From: an uncultured virus (IMG/VR IMGVR_UViG_3300009694_000018)
Lineage: Duplodnaviria; Heunggongvirae; Uroviricota; Caudoviricetes
IMG/VR virus record: IMGVR_UViG_3300009694_000018
Direction: 5' to 3' (one strand)
Length of the DNA: 64,000 nt
Shown piece by piece: positions 57,896 to 64,000 of this stretch (positions are counted from its first letter, which is position 1; each line of letters opens with the position of its first letter). A model generated the notes under the pieces. It had not been told where the DNA came from and searched no databases. It worked only from the letters and a program-made list of their open reading frames with translations. Made by a program: the position numbers and the translations under genes.

Positions 57896-59335
57896 TCTAA
57901 TGAAATTGTTTTTAACTATATCTATGGCTTCATCTCTTGTCATAGTCGGATCATCTAAATATTTATCTTTAAGAAGTGCTAACAATCTTCCTATCACTGG
58001 ATGATGTCCCTTTGTAATTCCTAGTATTTCCATTATATCATTACCATTTAATGGCGGTTTAATATTTATTCCTTTATCTTTTTCTTCTAACTCTTTAAAT
58101 CTTCTTCTTATATTAGATATTTGATTTGGCATATTAGATTGAGCAGAATGTGATATGTTATCAGCGTGAATTAAATCTAATGTTCTTTCTAAATGGGGGC
58201 CTAAATCCATTTTTAGTTTTCTTAGTGTTCTATCACTTATTTCACCTTCATCGCCAGAATGTTTAGTTCTCATGTGATTATTAATGATAAGAAAAACCGC
58301 ATCACAAATTTCTCTTGGATATCTTAGTCTATGCAATATATCACGAGCCATATAAGCCCCTACTTCTTCATGATCATAAAAATGCACTTCGTGATCTATT
58401 ATCTCTCTTGTCTTGGATTTTCCTATATCATGTAGTAATCCAGATAATCTAGTTATTAAGTCCTTTGGCGTATTCTTTAATACCTCTAATGAATGACGCA
58501 TAGCATCGTACTGATGATGTTTATTTTGTTTCATACCGATGAGTTTATCTAATTCTGGAAAAATATATTTAGAAAGTCCAAATATTTGCAACAATCTAAT
58601 TGCCTTGTCTGGATTGTCTGTTAGTAACATTTTATTTAATTCGCTCTGTATTCTTTCCTGTGAAATATATTGAAGTTTTTTGGCGTTCTTTTTCAAACTT
58701 CTTATCATGAATAAAGGTAATGTCCAGTTATATTTAACAATTATTCTAATTGCTCTAAGCATTCTGAGAGGATCTTCATCAAAAATCACATCCGGATTTA
58801 AAGGAGTTCTCACTATACCGTCTCTTATATCATTTTTACCCATTCCTGTTAGATCTAATATTTCGCCGCTTGATAAATCTTTTAGAAGACTATTTATTGT
58901 AAAATCTCTTCTATTGACATCATCTTTGAGTGTTCCTTGTGAAACAATGGGTTTTCTATTTCCTTTTAGATATTCTTCTTTTCTTGGCATAACACATTCA
59001 ATTTCAACAAAAGAAATATCTACTCCATCATGTTTTATTTTTCTAAGGGTGAACATAGCTGTGCCGAATCTAGGATAAACTACTGGATTTTTACCATCTA
59101 CATATATACCCAATTTTTTAGTTATCCAATCTGCAAATAAAATGCCTCCGTTAGGTGCATTAATAAGAAGATCTATATCTTTTGGCGTTCTGCCCATCAC
59201 TTCATCTCTTACAGCACCTCCAGCAAGAAATACTTTACCTTCCCATTCTGTATCCTTTATAACATTTCTGATAAAATCAATAGCTGCTTCTATTTTATTA
59301 TTATTGGTTTCAAATAATTTAAATTTTTTTATCAT
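57890..59335 (-). CDS. cca: tRNA nucleotidyltransferase (CCA-adding/poly(A) polymerase family) with HD domain
   Basis: GGAVRD...KDID, RRDFTIN, EDPLRMLRA, ERI..E, LLHDIGK. Confidence 0.85.
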   Translation of the reverse strand: MIKKFKLFETNNNKIEAAIDFIRNVIKDTEWEGKVFLAGGAVRDEVMGRTPKDIDLLINAPNGGILFADWITKKLGIYVDGKNPVVYPRFGTAMFTLRKIKHDGVDISFVEIECVMPRKEEYLKGNRKPIVSQGTLKDDVNRRDFTINSLLKDLSSGEILDLTGMGKNDIRDGIVRTPLNPDVIFDEDPLRMLRAIRIIVKYNWTLPLFMIRSLKKNAKKLQYISQERIQSELNKMLLTDNPDKAIRLLQIFGLSKYIFPELDKLIGMKQNKHHQYDAMRHSLEVLKNTPKDLITRLSGLLHDIGKSKTREIIDHEVHFYDHEEVGAYMARDILHRLRYPREICDAVFLIINNHMRTKHSGDEGEISDRTLRKLKMDLGPHLERTLDLIHADNISHSAQSNMPNQISNIRRRFKELEEKDKGINIKPPLNGNDIMEILGITKGHHPVIGRLLALLKDKYLDDPTMTRDEAIDIVKNNFIRS

Positions 59336-59416
59336 TTCTATGAATAAATATTTCTTTTAATATAATAAATATAACTAAAAAGTTTTTTATGATTTTCTTA
59401 CATGAATATCTTTTCA

Positions 59417-59612
59417 TCATTTCATTCTTTCTTTGGTAGGATCATTATAATCAAAAGATTTTTTACATTTTTTACATCTAAGAATTTTAACAAGTTCAAA
59501 ATTTTTATCATAAACCGTTAAAACATCGAATTGATGATAACATTCATCTTCTTCTTCATCTGTTAATTTACCATTTCTCCACCATCTTATACCGTTAAAA
59601 TAAATCCAACAA
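59417..59612 (-). pseudogene. Start-less 3' gene fragment (FCWIYFNGIRWWRNGKL...CKKC...KERMK*) abutting the TnpB end
   Basis: Hand-translated open frame with no upstream start codon. Confidence 0.4.
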
Positions 59613-59615
59613 AAT

Positions 59616-60353
59616 CTACAACCTTGTAGATTGTATCAAATTTACTTCTTTGTAACAGACACCGTATTGTCCTGTGAGAAATCGATTCAAAATATTCTTA
59701 CCCGCATTAATATCCGCATTGTCTGTGTGACCACAATTCAGACACAAAAATATTTCTCCGTTTCGATTTCCCCTATCGGATTGACCACATACAGGACAGG
59801 TGGTAGAGGTATAATAAGGTGCTACAGTTCTGAACGAAATACGATTTAATTCACACTGTGCTTCTAACCTATTCAACCAATACTTCCAATTCCAAGTTCC
59901 GATAGAACGCCTAATACTTTTAGCCAATAGGCGTTTGGCTTTACTTTTGACTCCCATATTTTTGAGTTTTTCAACCACAATTAAATCAGGATTTTCAACA
60001 TTAACAATTTCTTTTGATACTTCGTCAATTCGTTGTTTCAATGCTCTTTTAGCCACATACCAACCTTTTGACTTCTGTTTACACCTTTTTACTCGTTCAA
60101 TACAACCTTTGATGTCTTTACCATATTGGTTTCCATTATTGAGTGATGCAAGTGCGTTAATACCTGTATCAACACCAATACAAACTTTACCTTCCTTTTT
60201 CGGTAATGTAACAATTTCAAAACTGAATTGAACATACTTTCGTGTGATAATATATGAATTTAATCGTTTACCCAATACATTATATTTGTTGAAATGTTTA
60301 TGATATTTTATCGGTAAATCCATAATCATTTTATTTCCAACAGATGCGATCAA
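59616..60353 (-). mobile_element. tnpB: IS200/IS605-family TnpB (RNA-guided nuclease), N-terminally truncated
   Basis: RuvC-I GVDTG, RuvC-II VVEKL, Zn finger CPVC/CLNC, RuvC-III NADINAGKNI; in-frame stop at 60381-60383; hairpin at 59613-59632. Confidence 0.85.
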
Positions 60354-60516
60354 AAACCTGATTTTCGTGTTAATTAATAGTTAAATTTTGTTAAAAAGTT
60401 GTAAATAATGTTAGATTTTTATTGACAGTTGATTAACCCTCAGATATGTACGAATCGAATATTTTAAACTTTATTATCATATGAAATATATATAAATTAA
60501 AAAAAATAAAAATTAG

Positions 60517-61554
60517 ATGGATCCAAATAAAAATTATTATGATATACTAGGAGTTGATAAGAACGCCGATAATAAAGAAATAAAGAAACAATATAGAAAA
60601 CTAGCCAAAGAACATCATCCAGATGCAACTCAAAATCATGATGACTCAGAATTCAAAAAATTAAATGAAGCTTTTTCTGTAATCGGAGATGAAAAAGAAA
60701 GACAAATATACGATGTACAAAGTCCGCATGGTAGAAATTATAATCCAAACCAAGGAAATCCTTTTTTTCATATAAATATTAATGGTCAGGATTTTAATCC
60801 ATTTGGAGGAAATCCTTTTCAAAATTTCGGATTCGGTGGAGGATCTCCATTTGATGATCCATTTTTTCAAAATATATTTCACCGCAGAGAAGAATTTCCT
60901 GAAAATTTAGATATTAAACATTCAGTTAAAATTACATTAAAGGACGTTTATAATAATAAACAAATACCAATAAAATTTAAACGTGACGTTAAATGCGATG
61001 TATGTGATTTCACTGGATTTGATCCAGAAAGCGAAGAATTTGAATGTGAGACATGCGATGGTAGAGGAAATGATGGTTTTACTCATTGTAAATATTGTAA
61101 CGGGACCGGAAAAATACATACAGGAAAATGTAAAAAATGCAATGGTACAAAAGTAATTTCAAAAGATGAAGAATTTGCTTTCGGTAATTCATTTAGAATT
61201 GATAAAAGTTTTGTTAAATATATTAGAGGAATGGGACATCAATCTAAATATTATCAACAAAAAGTTGGCACTCTTTCGGTTGAAGCCACTTACATCGACG
61301 ATAATAGATATATAAGAGATGGATCTAATTTGATTTATAAATTAGATCTTCACTATCAACAAGCCATTGATGGATTTGATTTTGAATACGAACATTTAGA
61401 TGATAAAAAATATTCTTTAAAAATTCCATCCAAAACAAAAGACGGCGATTTATTAAGAGTCGCTAGGAAGGGTCTATTGTATGATGATAATAATAGAGGT
61501 GATTTAATTGTAAAAGTTAATATAATCATTGATTACGAAAAATTAAAGAAATAA
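60517..61554 (+). CDS. dnaJ: DnaJ-family co-chaperone
   Basis: J-domain with HPD, G/F-rich linker, CxxCxGxG repeats, C-terminal domain RGDLIV. Confidence 0.9.
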   Translation: MDPNKNYYDILGVDKNADNKEIKKQYRKLAKEHHPDATQNHDDSEFKKLNEAFSVIGDEKERQIYDVQSPHGRNYNPNQGNPFFHININGQDFNPFGGNPFQNFGFGGGSPFDDPFFQNIFHRREEFPENLDIKHSVKITLKDVYNNKQIPIKFKRDVKCDVCDFTGFDPESEEFECETCDGRGNDGFTHCKYCNGTGKIHTGKCKKCNGTKVISKDEEFAFGNSFRIDKSFVKYIRGMGHQSKYYQQKVGTLSVEATYIDDNRYIRDGSNLIYKLDLHYQQAIDGFDFEYEHLDDKKYSLKIPSKTKDGDLLRVARKGLLYDDNNRGDLIVKVNIIIDYEKLKK

Positions 61555-61557
61555 TAT

Positions 61558-61758
61558 ATGAAATATTCAGAAAAATTTAAAAAAAATCAAACAAAAAAGG
61601 TACCTTCAGGATTTACGATGAATTTAAGTTGTAAATATGTTATTGATGTAACAAATGAAAGTGAAGAAAAGTTGAAATTCATTTATGATACACTAAATGA
61701 AACATTAACCATATTAGATGATAATTTTAATTTATTAACAATAGATTATGAATCTTAA
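61558..61758 (+). CDS. Small hypothetical protein
   Basis: Co-oriented short ORF. Confidence 0.45.
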   Translation: MKYSEKFKKNQTKKVPSGFTMNLSCKYVIDVTNESEEKLKFIYDTLNETLTILDDNFNLLTIDYES

Positions 61759-61928
61759 TTAATGAATCCATACATTATATCAGTTTATCGTAAAGAAGAC
61801 ATACCATCATTTAAACCTGAATTTTTAATTAAAATAATAGAAAAAATTGGGACAATTAAAAAACACAATAGAATATAAAAAATGATTTTTTCAAATTAAT
61901 ATATAAGTGAAAACAAATCATTTTTTAT

Positions 61929-62483
61929 ATGGATATTTTAAGAAATTTTGATAATTTTATAAATGAGGGATCTAAAACCTCTAATTCAATAGTAGATTCT
62001 GATAAGGAAATGAAATCTTTCAAAGATGTTCCTTCTGAAGTTTTTGAAACATCAAAAAGAATACTTAACGATATATTTGATAGAGTTCGTAAACCTGTTT
62101 TTGAATATGACAAAAATAAAGGTTTAATAGTAAAATTTTTTATTAGCGAAACAGATTTTAAATATATTGATGAAGATGAAATTTTAACACTCGATGAAGG
62201 AGTTAGAAAAAAAAGGACTTATGATGTTTCTTTAGAATATCTTAATAGAATAACTGAAACTTTTGAAGTTGAATATAGAGTAAGATTTGAAATGTTAGAA
62301 GATACTGATGAAGAAGAATATTTGGAGGATGAAAATGATGATATCATAATAGATGATGATTATGAAACTCCCAATCCCGATGATTTAGAATATTTCGATG
62401 AAGATCAAGCAGACACCGACATAAAGAAGGGAAAAATTAAAATTCAAGACTTTGATCATTTCGATGAAGATGATGAAGAATAA
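61929..62483 (+). CDS. Acidic hypothetical protein with CTS-like N-terminus
   Basis: MDILRNFDNFINE; ATGA-N12-AATATATA at 61882-61905. Confidence 0.7.
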   Translation: MDILRNFDNFINEGSKTSNSIVDSDKEMKSFKDVPSEVFETSKRILNDIFDRVRKPVFEYDKNKGLIVKFFISETDFKYIDEDEILTLDEGVRKKRTYDVSLEYLNRITETFEVEYRVRFEMLEDTDEEEYLEDENDDIIIDDDYETPNPDDLEYFDEDQADTDIKKGKIKIQDFDHFDEDDEE

Positions 62484-62501
62484 AAAAATAAATATTAAGA
62501 A

Positions 62502-62840
62502 ATGAAAGAAAATTTGAATCATTTAGTTCTATTCGATAAATATATTTCCGAAAAAAAGGATATTATAAAGGAAATTGGTAAAAACGTGAGGAAAGGACTT
62601 GGATTTTTGACATATGAAGAAAAAATAGAAAAAGGACTTGGGATCGTTAAAAAACATAAAGTTAAAAAGGATACCTACGAAATATTATTGAAACAAGATC
62701 CGGAAAGAGCAGAAAAATATTTAATTTTTTGGGCTGAATTACCTGATGGATTTCCGCATTGGAATAGTGTGACCAGAGAATGGGAAGATTCTGGCGAATA
62801 TTATGATCAAACAGGAATACTAGGGACAAGAAAATATTAA
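62502..62840 (+). CDS. Hypothetical protein with CTS-like N-terminus
   Basis: LVLFDKYISE. Confidence 0.6.
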   Translation: MKENLNHLVLFDKYISEKKDIIKEIGKNVRKGLGFLTYEEKIEKGLGIVKKHKVKKDTYEILLKQDPERAEKYLIFWAELPDGFPHWNSVTREWEDSGEYYDQTGILGTRKY

Positions 62841-62843
62841 AAG

Positions 62844-63533
62844 ATGATCAAAAATTTTAGAATATTTGAACAATTAAGTAGACAAGACATTGATCCTTAT
62901 GGTGAAGAAGATTGGGACAACGATAACGATACTCCGATAATACGGCTAGCCAAAAAGCAAAATATACAATTAGATCAAATAATGTCTTTAGATTGTTCTT
63001 ATAAAGGATTAACTAGTTTAGAAGGCATTGAACAATTAATTAATTTAAGATATTTATATTGTTCATTTAATAGATTAACTAGTTTAGAGGGAATTGAACA
63101 TTTAACGAATTTAAGAGAATTATATTGTCATTTTAATTCATTAACTAATTTAGAAGGCATTGAACATTTAACAAATTTAAAAATATTATATTGTAATTAT
63201 AATTTACTAACTAGTTTAAAAGAAATTGAACATTTAACGAATTTAAAAATATTATATTGTAATTATAATTTACTAACTAGTTTAAAAGAAATCGAATATT
63301 TAACTAATTTAAGAGGATTATATTGTTCTAATAATAGATTGACTAGTTTAGAAGGAATTGAGCATTTAACGGATTTGAGAGAATTATATTGTCATTCTAA
63401 TCAATTAACTAATTTAGATGGAATTGAACATTTAAAGAATTTAGAAACATTATATTGTTTCAATAATAGATTTACTGATGAATATAAAAATTATTTAGGA
63501 TCAAAGAAAAACATGATGAAGATAATATGGTGA
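62844..63533 (+). CDS. LRR protein (7 x 22-aa) with MIKNFRIFE and DPYGEEDW leader
   Basis: Paralog of the other two LRR genes. Confidence 0.9.
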   Translation: MIKNFRIFEQLSRQDIDPYGEEDWDNDNDTPIIRLAKKQNIQLDQIMSLDCSYKGLTSLEGIEQLINLRYLYCSFNRLTSLEGIEHLTNLRELYCHFNSLTNLEGIEHLTNLKILYCNYNLLTSLKEIEHLTNLKILYCNYNLLTSLKEIEYLTNLRGLYCSNNRLTSLEGIEHLTDLRELYCHSNQLTNLDGIEHLKNLETLYCFNNRFTDEYKNYLGSKKNMMKIIW

Positions 63534-63576
63534 AGAGAATTTAATAAGATTAAGATATTTAAAATGATGTTGATAA

Positions 63577-63828
63577 ATGAAAATTAAAAAATTAGAAAAT
63601 TATAATAATAAAAATATACTTATATTTATTGGTTCGGCTAGAGATAAAAATAATTGCCCAGGTCAAGAAAGTAAAACCAGTATTATTGTTAAAAAAGCAA
63701 TAAAAGATTTACCAAAAAATATAAAAATAGATATAATAGATCTAGCTATTAAAAATAAATCTTCTATTATACAACCATGTAAAGGATGTATATCTACATC
63801 AGGGGGAGCCTTATTTTTAACTTTGTGA
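63577..63828 (+). pseudogene. Truncated flavodoxin-fold / iron-sulfur flavoprotein (NADPH-dependent FMN reductase-like)
   Basis: ILIFIGSAR...SKT...DIIDL...IQPCKGC, then stops at 83 aa. Confidence 0.6.
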
Positions 63829-63837
63829 AATGATTAG

Positions 63838-63946
63838 AAAAACCACTTGATCTTGTTCCAAAAAGCTTGAAATTGAGAGCACAGAACCAATAGGACAGCG
63901 AATTCGTTTCGCACGAGGAACTGGCAACAAGATCAAGATGGTTTTT
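63838..63946. ncRNA. Candidate structured RNA (or small inverted-repeat element) with a long closing stem
   Basis: AAAAACCA-CTTGATCTTGTT pairs with AACAAGATCAAG-A-TGGTTTTT; inner hairpin GCGAA-TTCGT-TTCGC. Confidence 0.5.
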
Positions 63947-63966
63947 AAAAAAAATTTAATAATAAT

Positions 63967-64000
63967 CGGATAGTAGCTCAGTCTGGTCAGAGCGGCGGCC
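63967..64000 (+). tRNA. 5' half of a tRNA gene (anticodon lies beyond the window)
   Basis: CGGATAG-TA-GCTC-AGTCTGGTCA-GAGC-G-GCGGC: acceptor strand, T8A9, D-arm with GG, 5' strand of the anticodon stem. Confidence 0.85.

Noticed and set aside
59613..59632. TCTAC...GTAGAT hairpin resembling a Cas12a repeat handle
   Set aside because: Single copy with no array; better explained as the TnpB element end.
13550..60231. Short antisense ORFs in the track (e.g. 13550-13837, 16619-16930, 23872-24423, 43113-43397, 58680-59078, 59935-60231)
   Set aside because: Shadows of longer, motif-bearing genes on the opposite strand.
1..63533. Diversity-generating retroelement behind the LRR variation
   Set aside because: No reverse transcriptase or non-coding template repeat is visible in the window; whole modules recur, which fits recombination better.
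1..64000. Stop-codon reassignment as in some jumbo phages
   Set aside because: Core genes are full length in the standard code, and both TAG and TGA end genes at sensible positions.
63967..64000. Assigning the tRNA as tRNA-Pro from its CGG start
   Set aside because: The anticodon is outside the window, so the isotype cannot be supported.

Overview
A very AT-rich segment of a large T4-related (jumbo) tailed-phage genome, read in the standard genetic code. The host is probably Bacteroidota (Bacteroidetes-like GluRS, A-rich ribosome-binding regions without Shine-Dalgarno sequences); this is inference. The head module is recognisable: gp55-like late sigma factor, gp4, gp2-like, portal gp20, a prohead protease gp21 fused to a repeat-rich scaffold-like region, major capsid gp23 and a gp14-like neck protein. 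Also present are the N-terminal half of a split family-B DNA polymerase, five Hef-like nuclease/GNAT fusion genes, two GIY-YIG endonucleases, a truncated TnpB, translation and tRNA-maintenance enzymes (GluRS, CCA-adding enzyme, class II aaRS catalytic domain, HAD RNA-repair-type phosphatase, Tpt1-like ART), PPK2, thymidine kinase, a RimK-type ligase, DnaJ and a tRNA cut by the window end. Most notable: (1) about 20 unrelated proteins share an N-terminus resembling the T4 capsid-targeting sequence; (2) an acidic peptide tag, DPYGEExW, recurs in 11 places, including cargo-less minigenes; (3) three dispersed LRR proteins are built from a shared, shuffled pool of 22-aa modules; (4) an intergenic three-hairpin element is antisense to 23S rRNA helix 69 and the adjacent sequence. 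All assignments come from reading motifs by eye; no searches were run.
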